64,000 bases of DNA, taken from an uncultured Actinomycetes bacterium. Lineage in GTDB: Bacteria; Actinomycetota; Actinomycetes; Acidothermales; Acidothermaceae. Of this stretch, positions 1 to 13,025 are shown in pieces; positions within the stretch are counted from its first letter, which is position 1, and every line of letters begins with the position of its first letter. The stretch is from the NCBI GenBank assembly GCA_963836475.1, contig CAWIJQ010000004.1, positions 81,775-145,774 on the forward strand, written 5' to 3'. The position numbers were made by a program, and so were the translations under genes. The notes below the pieces were generated by a model that was not told where the DNA came from, ran no database searches, and saw only the letters and a program-made list of their open reading frames with translations.

Positions 1-1441
1 GCCATCGTCGCGTGTCCAGACTCGTGCGTCGCGATCAGCTTGGCCTCGTGCGCGGTGTAGCCCGACCGGCTGGCCGAGACCGATCTCGCGAATCGAGCCG
101 GGCGTGGTCGACGTCCTTCCAGGTCATCGCGCGGCGGGTCTTCTTGCACGGCGTTGATCAGCGCCTCGTCGAACATGCCCTCGAGCATCGCCGGGCTGTA
201 GCCCTGGGTGACGGCCGCGAGCGCGTCGCGACGCTCGGGCAGGTCGAGCTCCGGCACGTGCGCCTTGCGCGCCAGGAAGTGATCGATCAGCTGGCGGCGG
301 CCCGACTTGTCGGGCCGTTCGAACGTGAGGCGCTGGTCGAATCGGCCGGGGCGAAGCAGCGCGGCATCGAGTGAGTCGGGCGCGGTTGGTCGACGCGATC
401 AGCAGGATGTTCGCCGGCTTCGGCGCCGGCTTCTTCAGCTGCCGGTTCGCCGGCAGCATCAGGTTGATCGACTCGACGAACTTGCCGGCCACCTTCTGGC
501 CGGTCGTCGGGGTGTCGAACGACTGCATCTGCACGAGCAGTTCTTGCACGGCCATGCCCAGGTCGCCGCTGCCGATCATCGGGTCGCGTCTGGGTTGTCG
601 GGGCGCCACAGCATCGGTAGGCCTTCGAGACCACCGCAGCGCATGTCATCCGTCGAGGCCGTCGGCCGCAGGCGCGTTGAGTGCCGAGAACGCCGATACG
701 CCGCTGCGTGCGCCGCCGAGCGCGTCGAACTCATCGATGAACCCGATGGCGCCGCCCTCTTTGCGGGCCAGCGCCCGTAGTGCCTTGAAGTAGGCGCGCA
801 CTTTGCGCTGGGTCGCGCCCTGGAAGCTCGACTGGAACGATGTCGCGGTCGCAAACAGGAACGGCACGCCGGCCTCGGCGGCCAGCGCCTTCGCCGTGTA
901 GGTCTTGCCGGTACCAGGCGGCCCGTCGAACAGCAGTCCGCGCCGCGGCCGGCCGCCCATTTCACGAGCAAATGTCTTGTGCGCAAGGAAAAGGTTGAGC
1001 GACCGCACGACCTCGGTCTTCACGATGTCAATGCCAACAACATCAGAAAGCCGGACGTCGATCTGCTCGGGTCGCACCACGTGGTGCGGCGACCGGCCGA
1101 TGCCGAATTGCATGCCGACCATCAGCAGGATCAACAAACCGAAGAACAGCATCGGGCTGAGGACCAGCCAGTTGATGTGCGGGAAGCGCGAACACATTGA
1201 AGGGCCGGTTGTCGATGATGCGGTACCACATCAGCGCCGTCGGCACTGCGATCAGCGCGGCGAGGCGCCACAACCGGCCGCGGCGCGCTTGCTCGCGTTG
1301 CTGACCGACATCAGCCACATCGGCGTCCATCACGGTGTTACCCGACACGCTGGAGAGTTGATCGCTGCGGTGCGCCCGCGTCAGTTCTGCGGCCCGGGCT
1401 CGCGTCTGCTGCTCGTCGACCGCCTGGTCTGGGTCATCCAC
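1..1441 (-). pseudogene. FtsH-family AAA+ zinc metalloprotease, partial (continues past the window start); frame broken near nt 380, 600-650 and 1200
   Basis: GTG start at 1441 with a GGGGAGAG RBS. TM segment LVLSPMLFFGLLILLMV and Walker A GPPGTGKT lie in ORF 646..1197. The AAA continuation ILLIASTNRA is in ORF 124..609. LLRPGRFD and the zinc motif HESGHA (nt 1-60) are in a third frame. Confidence 0.75.
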
Positions 1442-1648
1442 GAAACTCTCCCCACTTCTGACTCAAACCCGCGTTTGATGCACGTCAATCCGACAAGGCT
1501 GAGCCCACCCAGCGCCGGCTCTTGGAGTCTGTCAGCGACCGTACCCTCACGGCTACCGCGCATAGTCGTTTCACTCGGATGGCCCACCGCCAGCGATCTT
1601 GGCCGGTCTCACTGCCAACCTTCGGCGTGTTAGTGCTGCTATAGCGAC

Positions 1649-2887
1649 GGTGCACTCAAGGGATTGTCGCAACGCCTGAGCTGTGAGGTGTTGGGATGCA
1701 GGGTGTTGCGTTGAGCTCGTGTGCAGGTCCGTGCGGTGTTCGATGCGCTGGCGAGTGGGTTGAACGGGATGCAGGCGGCGAAGGTGACTGGCGTGTCGAA
1801 GTCGGTCATCTACGTGATGCACCGCAAGGTCGGGGGTGTGTATCGACCTTTGGGCACGACCTATAGCGACCGGTACTTGAGTCGGGATGAGCGTTATGAG
1901 ATGACGCGGCTGATCGAGGCGGGGTTGTCGATGCGGGCGGTCGCGGCCCGGCTGGGACGCGCCGCATCGACGATCAGCCGGGAACTGGCCCGCAACCGCG
2001 GCGCCGGGCGGCTACCAGCCGGAGCGGGCGGACCGGCTGGCCTGGGCTACGGCAGCGACGCCCGAAGAGGTCGAAGATCGGTTCGCATCCGGCGTTGGCC
2101 GAGGCGGTGCAGCAGTTGCTGGCCCGCCGGTTTTCGCCCGAGCAGATCGCCGGGCGGCTGAAGGTGGTGTTCGCGGACAATCCGAGCATGCAGATCAGCC
2201 ACGAATCGATCTACCAGAGCATCTACGTCTATCCGCGCGGCGAGCTGCAACGTGAACTCAAAGCCGCGCTGCGCAGCGGCCGGGCGGTGCGCCGGCGCCG
2301 CGGCCGGCGCGACACCCGCAGCACGATCGCCGACGCCGTCTCCATCCACGACCGGCCCGAGGAGGTCGAGGGCCGGCTGATCCCGGGCCACCACGAAGGT
2401 GACCTGATCAAAGGCTCGACCGCGTCGAACTCCGCCGTCGGCACCATCGTCGAACGCACCACCGGCTACCTGACCTTGCTGCCGCTACGCGACGGGCACA
2501 GCGCCGACCAAGTCGCCGACGCCATCGTCGAGCACCTCAGCGCCCTGCCCGCCTGGTTCGCCAAGACCCTGACCTGGGACCGCGGCATCGAACTGGCCCG
2601 ACACGCCAGCATCACCGCACGCACCGGCATCGACGTCTACTTCGCCGACCCCTACAGCCCCCACCAGCGCGGCAGCAACGAGAACACCAACGGCCTGATC
2701 CGCGAATACCTCCCCAAAGGCACCGACCTGTCCGTGCACACCCCGACCGAACTCGCCGCCATCGCCGACGAACTCAACGACCGACCCCGCAAACGCCTCG
2801 GCTTCTACACCCCACGCGAAGTCTTCGCTAAGTTGCTCACCGAAGACCTACAACGCGTTGCGACGACCACCTGAATCCGCCGACACC
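1649..2887 (+). mobile_element. IS30-family insertion sequence, about 1.24 kb, with imperfect terminal inverted repeats
   Basis: It encloses the IS30-type transposase fragments. The left end ggtgcactcaagggattGTCGCAACGC (1649-1675) resembles the reverse complement of the right end GCGTTGCGACgaccacctgaatccgccgacacc (2855-2887). It sits between unrelated housekeeping genes. Confidence 0.65.
1721..2874 (+). pseudogene. IS30-family DDE transposase, two frame breaks (about 2005 and 2055)
   Basis: The N-terminal HTH region ends in TISRELARN (ORF 1721..2161). GGYQPERADRLAWA is in a second frame. RPKRSKIGSHPALAEAVQQLL plus the catalytic core (HHEGDLI, TWDRGIE, SPHQRGSNENTNGLIREY) are in ORF 2095..2874. 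Confidence 0.85.
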
Positions 2888-2925
2888 AACGCTCCGATGG
2901 TTCGAGCCGACAGCCAGCGTTCTGG

Positions 2926-3777
2926 CTACAGGCCGGCGAACAGGTCGGCTTCCCACCCCTGCGGCTCGACCTCGCGCGGCCCGCGTTCACCAGCCATCAA
3001 CACGTAGTGCTCCAGCCCGAACGCCTTCTGGCCAATGTGGTTCGAGAGTGCGAAGAACGGCCCGTCGACCTCGATCTGGGTCGCGTGCGCCCGCATCGCC
3101 TCGGTCTTGACGTCGAGGTAGTCGCGCGCATCGACCTGGGTGGTGATCACGTCGTCGGTTCGCGCGAACGGCACGTCCTCGGCCGACTCGACCCCGCCGA
3201 AGAACTCGTGCCCTTGCTCCTTCATCGCCTTGATGCTCGCCTCGATGAACGTGCGCGGCACCGCCGTGTAGTAGAGCTTCTGCACAATGTCGCGGGTCTG
3301 TTCGACCGCCTGCACGGTCACCCGGTGCGCCTGGATGTGGTCGGGGTGGCCGTACCCGCCGAAGTCGTCGTAGGTGACGACGACCTGCGGCTTGACCTCG
3401 CGGATCACCTCGACGAGCAGGCCGACCGCCTCGGCCATATCGGCCCGCCAGAAGCATCGCGGATTGTCATTCGCGGCAGTGTCCATCATTCCGGAGTCGC
3501 GGTACCGCCCCGTCCCGCCGAGAAAGCGATGGTCGGTCACGCCAAGGACGCGGCACGCCTCTTCGAGTTCATGTATTCGCCAGCCGCCGAGCTGGTCAGC
3601 CTTGTCGGCCGCGATGCCCGCCAGGGCCGGCACCAGCACCTCGCCCTCTTCGCCGAGAGTGCAGGTCACCAGGGTGACGTTGACCCCGTCAGCCACGTAC
3701 TTCGCCATCGTGGCGCCCGTACCGATGGTCTCGTCGTCCGGATGCGCATGTACCAGTAGCAGGCTGCGGTCACTCAT
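2926..3777 (-). CDS. mshB: N-acetyl-1-D-myo-inosityl-2-amino-2-deoxy-alpha-D-glucopyranoside deacetylase (mycothiol biosynthesis)
   Basis: Intact 283-aa ORF of the LmbE/PIG-L family. Motifs present: LLLVHAHPDDETIG, GYGHPDHIQAH, and a typical MshB length and C-terminus. Confidence 0.9.
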   Translation of the reverse strand: MSDRSLLLVHAHPDDETIGTGATMAKYVADGVNVTLVTCTLGEEGEVLVPALAGIAADKADQLGGWRIHELEEACRVLGVTDHRFLGGTGRYRDSGMMDTAANDNPRCFWRADMAEAVGLLVEVIREVKPQVVVTYDDFGGYGHPDHIQAHRVTVQAVEQTRDIVQKLYYTAVPRTFIEASIKAMKEQGHEFFGGVESAEDVPFARTDDVITTQVDARDYLDVKTEAMRAHATQIEVDGPFFALSNHIGQKAFGLEHYVLMAGERGPREVEPQGWEADLFAGL

Positions 3778-3821
3778 GAGCCCACCCTAAGTGGCGAGCG
3801 CGCAATGGCAGGATCTGGGCC

Positions 3822-5896
3822 ATGCCCGACGACTCGTTCCCCCGGCTGCAAGCCCGGACGGCCCGCTTCACTCTCGGCCGGCCGCGGTCGTTCACGGTCG
3901 CGGCCGACGGCAGCCGTGTGCTGTTTCTACGCTCGCGCGGTGGCACAGATCGGGTCACGTGCTTGTGGAGCTACGACGTCGCGACTCGAACCGAGGCACT
4001 GATCGCCGATCCGCTTGCCTTGCTCGCCGGTGACGACGCCGTTCCTGCGGCCGAACGCGCCCGGCGCGAACGTGCCCGCGAGCAGGCGGCTGGCATCGTC
4101 GGCTACGCGGCCGACGCCGAATGCCGACCGTCGTCGCGTTCGCCCTGTCGGGCCGGCTCTTCGTGGTCGACGGCGAAGCCGCACCGCGCGAGCTCGCGGT
4201 GCCAGGCCCGGTGTTCGACCCACGCCCCGATCCGACCGGACGACGGGTGGCTTACGTCTGCGGTGGCGCAACCCGTGTCGTCGACATCTCGGGCGAGAAC
4301 GATCGCGAGCTGATCGGGGAAGCGGGCGTCACCTGGGGTCTGGCCGAGTTCATCGCGGCCGAAGAACTCAACCGGATGCGCGGCTTCTGGTGGTCGCCGA
4401 CCGGTGATGCGTTGCTGGTAGCCCGCGTCGACGACTCGGCCGTGCAGCGTTGGCATATCGGCGATCCGGCGAACCCCGACCGGCCGCCGTCCGTCGTGGC
4501 CTACCCCGCCGCCGGCACCGCGAATGCCGATGTCTCGCTTTCGGTGTTCGGCCTCGATGGCTCGCGAGTCGACGTCGACTGGGATCGCGCCGGATTCCCT
4601 TATTTGGTAGCGGTTCGGTGGCGCGCCGGTCAGGCTCCGGTGGTGCAACTAAGCACGCGGGATCAACACACGATGCAGGTCTGCGACGTTGACGTCGACA
4701 CCGGTGCGACCACGGTCGTTCGTAGCGACACCAGCCACTACTGGCTCGAAACGGTCGCCGGTACGCCCGATCGACTGCCTGACAGCCGGCTGGTCGCGAC
4801 GGCTGACCTCGACGACACCCGACGCCTCGTGATCGGCGACGTCGTGGTCACGCCAGAGTTTCTGCAGGTCTCCGCGGTGCTCAGCGTCGGCACGGGAGGC
4901 GTCGTGTTCAGCGCGACAACAGACCCGGTCGAGCAGCAGCTCTGGCAGGCCAGTCTCGACGGCGTTTGCACTGCACTGACCAGCGAGCCCGGCGTGCACA
5001 CATCCGTCGGCAATGCTGCACTTCTCGTGATCACGCGACTGTCGCTCGAACACGACGGTGCCGAGACGGTCGTCATGCAAAGCGGAGTCGAGATCGGCCG
5101 CATCGAATCATTCGCCGAGCCGGCGCCCTTTGTGCCGAACATCGTGCTGTCGACGCAAGGTCGGCGCGACCTGCGAACCGCGCTGGTGTTGCCGCGCGGC
5201 CACGTCGAAGGTTCGGTTTCGTTGCCGGTGCTGATGGATCCCTACGGTGGTCCGGGCGCGCAGCGCGTGCTCGCGTCGCGCAACGCCTACCTCAACTCGC
5301 AATGGCTTGCAGACCAAGGTTTCGCGGTCGTGGTGGTCGATGGCCGAGGGACGCCGGGCCGCGGGCCGCGATGGACGCACGCCATCGCCGACGACCTGGC
5401 GACGGTGGTACTCGACGACCAGATCACTGCCCTACATGCACTTGCGGACGCCAACAGCGATCTTGATCTGACGCGGGTCGCCATCAGGGGTTGGTCGTTC
5501 GGCGGTTACCTGGCCGCACTCGCCGTGCTTCGTCGTCCGGATGTTTTTCATGCCGCGGTCGCGGGCGCACCCGTCACCGACTGGCGGTTGTACGACACCT
5601 GCTACACCGAGCGCTACCTCGGCGTCGACACCACCGCGCCGTCGTACGACGACGTGTCGCTGATCAACCTCGCGCCGCAATTGACGCGGCCACTGATGAT
5701 CGTGCACGGCCTCGCCGACGACAACGTGGTGGCCGCGAACAGCCTGCGACTGTCGACCGCCCTGCTCGCGGCCGGTCGGCCGCATACGGTGCTGCCGCTC
5801 TCAGGTGTGACCCACATGACGTCGCAGGAGGACGTGGCGGCAAACCTGCCGATGCTCGAAGTGGCGTTCTTGAAGTCAGCGCTCGGGATGAGTTGA
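3822..5896 (+). pseudogene. S9-family serine peptidase (dipeptidyl-peptidase IV-like), single frame break near 4112
   Basis: ORF 3822..4313 (N-terminus) joins ORF 4121..5896 at ...GYAADAE/MPTVVAFALSG. The nucleophile motif IRGWSFGGY and the C-terminal alpha/beta hydrolase region with LMIVHGLADDNV are present. Confidence 0.8.
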
Positions 5897-5897
5897 G

Positions 5898-7814
<1,917 letters not shown>

Positions 7815-7964
7815 GGGAAAGCTCTCAGATCGGGGTTTGGGATCGCTTCATCGTACGCGGTCGAGCGCGTAAGACCGATTTCGTCGCTGACAACCCACTG
7901 CATAGCCTCCGCGTCTAATCAGCAATCCGTGCCACTGACGGCACTTCGATCACTGGGAAATCCG

Positions 7965-8671
7965 ATGACGCGCACGCACATCCGCAGCCCACGTCGGCTC
8001 TTCGCGAAGGCGACAGGAACGGCCATCGCCGGCGCCCTCGCGAGCCTCGCGCTGGCGGGCTGCGCGAGCTCGAACGCCCCGGCCGCCAGCAACGCGGCAC
8101 CCCTCAAACCCGCTGCCGCCGCGTCGTCGGCGGCTGCATCGGCGACGACCACCCCGCCCGTGTCGTCAGCCGCTGCGGTAGCGCCTATCGATTCGGCAAC
8201 GCCATCAGCAGCTGCGAGCGTTTCCGAGCCGGCACCCTCGCCGACCGTAGGTCCATCGCCGACCGCACCTGTCGTCGTCCAGGCTGCTGCCGGGGTCTCG
8301 CCACACTTCGCGACGCCTGACGACGCTATGCGCTACCTGGTCGCGGCGTACAACGCGCACGACCTAGCCGCCGAGATGCACGTCACCACACCGGATTCAC
8401 GAAGCGCGCTGGAAGACGAGCGACAGTGGGTGCAGACCTTCAGCTTCCACAGCTGCACGCCAACGCCGGCGCGGGCGACTACAGCTGCCGGTTCGACATG
8501 ACGTCGATGGTCGCGGGGCTCGCAATTCCGTCAGCGTCTGCGACGACCGACACCGAGGGCGACGTCCTTGGCAACACACCTGCAGGTATGAACGAGATCA
8601 CCGTGCTCGTCGCGCCGGCCACCCGGCCAGGCTGGTACATGTACTACAACATGGGCTGCGGCGGCGGGTGA
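7965..8671 (+). pseudogene. Putative secreted lipoprotein with an Ala/Ser/Pro-rich linker, one frame break near 8455
   Basis: ATG at 7965. The signal peptide with lipobox LALAGC lies in the distal part of ORF 7407..8501. The C-terminal part continues in ORF 8426..8671 (...SCRFDM...GWYMYYNMGCGGG). Confidence 0.5.
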
Positions 8672-8806
8672 CTTCCCCGGCCGGCTAGAGCGTGACGGAC
8701 GCCACATTCCCCCGGGCTGGGAACGCAGTCACTCGCGGGCGTAAGTTGTGCTCGCTCAGCGACAGCCGACAGCGGGGTCGGCGGGCGGCAGCAGAAGGCA
8801 GGGACG

Positions 8807-9652
8807 ATGTCCGTCGAGAGCAAAGCTCCGGCATCGGACGCCGGGCCGCCCGGCGCCAGCACCGCCACTGGCCGTCGAGCCGCCATCGCCGCCAAGACCC
8901 TTCGCACCGACCGCTGGTGGCTACAGCCCGCAATCACCTTCGGGATCTTGTTCAGCTTCGTCATCTACTCGACCTGGGCCGCGTTCATCGATCGCGACTA
9001 CTTCTCCGAGCCGTACATCTCGCCGTTCTACTCGCCGTGCCTGTCGACCAAGTGCGGCACGGTGCCGGGTTCTCACGGCGTGCCGCACATCGGCCTGTTC
9101 GGCGACATCAGGTTCATCTCGCCGGCGATCTTCATCTTGATCGTGCCGCTCGGCTTCCGGATGACCTGCTACTACTACCGCAAGGCCTACTACCGCGCAT
9201 TCTGGTTGTCGCCGCCGGCCTGTGCCGTGGCCGAGCCGCACAAGAAGTACACGGGCGAGACGCGCTTCCCGCTCATTTTCCAGAACGTGCACCGTTACTT
9301 CTTCTACCTCGGCTTCTTGCTCAACATCATCTTGACCTACGACGCGGTCATCGCCTTCCGTAATCATCAAGGCCAGTGGGGCCACGCCGGTCTCGGCACG
9401 CTCGTGCTCGTGCTGAACGCCGCGTTCCTCTGGGCTTACACCGCGTCATGCCACTCGTGCCGCAGCATCATGGGCGGCCGGCTCAACCACTTCTCCAAGC
9501 ACCCGATTCGCTACTGGCTGTGGAGCAAGGTCACCATCTACAACCGCTACCACATGCAGATCGCCTGGATTTCCCTTGTCTGGGTGGCGTTCGCCGACAT
9601 CTATGTGCGGCTCGTGGCCTCCGGCACCCTCACCGACCTGAGGTTCTTCTGA
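8807..9652 (+). CDS. Succinate dehydrogenase/fumarate reductase membrane-anchor subunit (mycobacterial Sdh1, Rv0249c-like)
   Basis: Intact 281-aa polytopic membrane ORF placed immediately upstream of sdhA/sdhB. Its stop TGA (9650-9652) abuts the sdhA start region. Size and position match actinobacterial Sdh1 anchors. Confidence 0.7.
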   Translation: MSVESKAPASDAGPPGASTATGRRAAIAAKTLRTDRWWLQPAITFGILFSFVIYSTWAAFIDRDYFSEPYISPFYSPCLSTKCGTVPGSHGVPHIGLFGDIRFISPAIFILIVPLGFRMTCYYYRKAYYRAFWLSPPACAVAEPHKKYTGETRFPLIFQNVHRYFFYLGFLLNIILTYDAVIAFRNHQGQWGHAGLGTLVLVLNAAFLWAYTASCHSCRSIMGGRLNHFSKHPIRYWLWSKVTIYNRYHMQIAWISLVWVAFADIYVRLVASGTLTDLRFF

Positions 9653-9653
9653 C

Positions 9654-11472
9654 ATGGCCGGCAGAGCTGAAAGAGATCGAGCGGCACTCGTACGACGTCG
9701 TCGTCGTCGGCGCGGGCGGATCAGGACTGCGGGCAGCCATCGGCGCACATGAAGCCGGCGCGAAGACCGCGATCGTCTGCAAATCCTTGCTGGGCAAGGC
9801 GCACACCGTGATGGCCGAGGGTGGCATCGCGGCCGCGATGGGCAACGTGTGGGAAGAAGACAACTGGCGCGTGCATTTCCGCGACACGATGCGCGGCGGC
9901 AAGATGCTCAACAACTGGCGCATGGCACAGCTACACGCGCAAGAAGCACCCGAACGCGTCTGGGAGCTCGAGAGTTGGGGCGCACTGTTCGACCGCACCA
10001 AGGAAGGCAAGATCTCGCAGCGCGACTTCGGCGGCCACCGCTACGCCCGCCTCGCGCACGTCGGCGACCGCACCGGCCTCGAAATGATTCGCACGCTTCA
10101 GCAGCGGGCCGTTGCGATCGGCATCGACGTCTTCATGGAATGCACGATCACCGAGCTGTTGAAGGACGGCGACGCGATCGCCGGCGCGTTCGGTTACTGG
10201 CGCGAATCGGGCAACTTCGTCGCGTTCGAAGCGCCGAGCGTCATCGTCGCGACCGGCGGCATCGGCAAGTCGTTCAAGGTGACGTCGAACTCGTGGGAGT
10301 ACAGCGGCGACGGCCACGCCCTCGCGATGGAAGCCGGCGCGCCGCTCATCAACATGGAGTTCGTGCAGTTCCACCCCACCGGCATGGTGTGGCCGCCGTC
10401 CGTTCGCGGCTTGCTCGTCACTGAATCAGTGCGTGGGGACGGCGGGGTGCTGCGCAACTCCGAAGGCAAGCGCTTCATGTTCAACTACATCACCGACTAC
10501 TTCAAAGCAGAGACCGCCGACACCGAAGAAGAAGGCGACCGCTGGTACGACGACCACGTCAACAATCGTCGTCCGCCTGAGTTATTGCCGCGTGACGAAG
10601 TGGCACGCGCGATCAACGCAGAAGTCAAAGCCGGCCGGGGCACGCCGCACGGCGGCGTGTACCTCGACATCGCATCGCGTCGGTCGCCGGAGTTCATCCG
10701 CAAGCGGCTGCCGTCGATGTACCACCAGTTCAAAGAACTGGCCGACGTCGACATCACCAAAGAGCCGATGGAGATCGGCCCGACCTGTCACTACGTGATG
10801 GGTGGCATCGAGGTCGACCCCGATACGCAGATGTCGAAGGTGCCCGGGCTGTACGCGGCCGGCGAGGTGTCGGGCGGCATGCATGGCGCGAACCGGCTCG
10901 GCGGCAACTCCCTCAGCGACCTGCTGGTCTTCGGCAAAAGGGCCGGCGAAGACGCCGCGGCCTACGCGGCCAAACTCGGCAAGAAGCGGCCGGCCGTCGA
11001 CGACGCATCGCTCACTGCTGCACAAGATGCAGCGTTGACGCCGTTTGACCGCGAAGGCGGCGAGAACCCGTACAGCGTGCACCACGATCTGCAAGAGACG
11101 ATGCACAACCTGGTCGGCATCATTCGCAACGCGGCCGAGGTTGAAGAGGCACTCGAGCAGATCGAGACGTTCAAGGCGCGGGTCGCGACGCTGTCGGTGG
11201 AAGGTCATCGTCAGTACAACCCAGGTTGGCACCTCGCGCTCGACCTCAAGAACATGTTGCTGGTCTCCGAATGCATCGCCCGCGCTGCGCTCGATCGCAA
11301 GGAAAGCCGCGGCGGCCATACTCGCGACGACTATCCGCTGACCGACCCCGAGTGGGGCAAGCTCAACGTGCTGTGCCGCCTGGACAAGAAGGGCACCGGC
11401 GTCGAGGTGTTCCACCAAGACCTGCCCGTCATGCCGGCCGAACTGAAGACGCTGTTCGAGGAAGGCCACTGA
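9654..11472 (+). CDS. sdhA: Succinate dehydrogenase/fumarate reductase flavoprotein subunit
   Basis: The distal part of ORF 9376..11472 carries ERHSYDVVVVGAGGSGLRAA (FAD fold), KAHTVMAEGG, FVQFHPTG and GGNSLSDLLVFG. The ATG at 9654 is one base out of frame with the conserved body, so the start is uncertain (CTG at 9649 or a 1-nt indel). Confidence 0.9.
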
Positions 11473-13025
11473 TGGGCTACGACCTCACGATGCGCATCTG
11501 GCGCGGCGACGACACCGGTGGCGAGCTCGTCGACTTCACCGTGCCGGTCGAAGAAGGCGAAGTCGTGCTCGACGCAATTCATCGCGTGCAGGCAACCCAG
11601 GCCGGCGATCTGGCCGTGCGGTGGAACTGCAAGGCCGGCAAGTGCGGCTCATGCAGCGCCGAGATCAACGGCCGGCCGCGGCTGATGTGCATGACCCGAC
11701 TCTCGATGTACGAGCCCACCGAGACCATCACGGTGACGCCGTTGCGCACCTTCCCGGTCATGCGCGACTTGGTTACCGACGTGTCGTTCAACTACGAAAA
11801 AGCCAAGCAGGTACCGGCTTTTACGCCTCCCGCGGATCTCGCGCCCGGCGACTATCGCATGCAACAGGTCGATGTCGAGCGGTCGCAAGAGTTCCGCAAA
11901 TGCATCGAGTGCTTCCTCTGCCAAGACGTCTGCCACGTCATCCGCGACCACGAAGAGAACAAGCCTTCGTACGCCGGCCCCCGGTTCTTCATCAGGTACG
12001 CCGAGCTCGACATGCACCCGCTCGACACCATTGACCGCAAACAAATGCTGCAATCCGAGCAGGGCCTCGGCCAGTGCAACATCACCAAATGCTGCACCGA
12101 GGTCTGCCCCGAGCACATCAAAATCACCGACAACGCGATCATCCCGATGAAGGAACGCGTCGTCGACGTGCGCTTCGATCCGTGGACCAAAGTCACCCGC
12201 CGCAACCACAGCCCCGAACAAGAGCGGACGCCGCCCGGTGGCCGTACGTCGGCCCCAACTCCAGTCGCGACAACGACCGCCCCCACCAGCACGACACCCG
12301 CCAGTCGCGAACCAGCGGGTGCAAGCGACGTCCATGTCGGCGGTGAACTCGCCGCCGCTGATCGTGCGGTCGCATCGCGCGCGATCTATCGGCGCACGCT
12401 GCAATCGCTGCACGGCGTCGCCGAACTGATCCTTGCCGGCACGCAACGACGGGCCAATCGGTCGATCAAACTCGTCGTCACCGACGATGGATTCGCGACT
12501 GGCCCGTTGCCTCGGCCGCCCTGGTTGCTTGCGGTACATGGCACGCACCTCGTGGTCGGCGAAAACGAACTCGTACTACCGCTCGAGGGCACCTTCGCCG
12601 ACCTCGCGGCCTATGCCGGCGTCGCGTGCGCGCCGCCGGCCGACGCATATCCACCCGCGAGCGGTCGAACCGCGACCGACCGGTTGCAGATCAATCCGAA
12701 GGCCGCCGCCGAACTGCTCGCGGCGCTGCGCGCGGGCGACCAGGCCTGCCGCGCGTTTGCGGCCGCGCACGCGCCCGCCGACCCACCCGTACCGGTCTTG
12801 TGGCCCGAGCATTTCGACGTCGGCATCACGATCGATGCGGTGAACTACGGCGTGTCGCCCGGCGACGACGCGATCCCGTACCCGTACGCCTACGTCGGTC
12901 CGCACGTGCAACGACCGGGCGAGTTTTGGAACGAACCATTCGGAGCAGCGCGGGCTATCAGCGAACTGGCCGATGCCGACGGCGTCCTCGCATTTTTTGA
13001 GGAGGGTCGGCGCGAAACGAGCTAG
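11472..13025 (+). CDS. sdhB: Succinate dehydrogenase iron-sulfur subunit read through into an additional C-terminal region of about 270 aa with unknown function
   Basis: The ATG overlaps the sdhA stop (TGATG). Fe-S motifs are present: CKAGKCGSCSAEINGRP, CIECFLCQDVC and CNITKCCTEVCP. The homologous SdhB body ends near DPWTKVTRR (about 12210), but the ORF stays open through a Pro/Thr linker and a further domain to 13025. Confidence 0.8.
   Translation: MGYDLTMRIWRGDDTGGELVDFTVPVEEGEVVLDAIHRVQATQAGDLAVRWNCKAGKCGSCSAEINGRPRLMCMTRLSMYEPTETITVTPLRTFPVMRDLVTDVSFNYEKAKQVPAFTPPADLAPGDYRMQQVDVERSQEFRKCIECFLCQDVCHVIRDHEENKPSYAGPRFFIRYAELDMHPLDTIDRKQMLQSEQGLGQCNITKCCTEVCPEHIKITDNAIIPMKERVVDVRFDPWTKVTRRNHSPEQERTPPGGRTSAPTPVATTTAPTSTTPASREPAGASDVHVGGELAAADRAVASRAIYRRTLQSLHGVAELILAGTQRRANRSIKLVVTDDGFATGPLPRPPWLLAVHGTHLVVGENELVLPLEGTFADLAAYAGVACAPPADAYPPASGRTATDRLQINPKAAAELLAALRAGDQACRAFAAAHAPADPPVPVLWPEHFDVGITIDAVNYGVSPGDDAIPYPYAYVGPHVQRPGEFWNEPFGAARAISELADADGVLAFFEEGRRETS

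Noticed and set aside
2890-2912. A GGTTCGAGCC motif resembling a tRNA T-loop just past the IS30 end
   Set aside because: No complementary T-stem, acceptor stem or anticodon arm can be drawn from the flanking sequence. It is a chance match.
10582-11469. Long antisense ORFs opposite well-supported genes (this one opposite sdhA; likewise 51554..52825, 19707..20882, 19822..20820, 11649..12548 and 40885..41838 in part)
   Set aside because: These are typical shadow ORFs of GC-rich DNA. The translations are Arg/Ala/Gly-rich with no recognisable motifs, while the opposite strand carries strongly conserved proteins.
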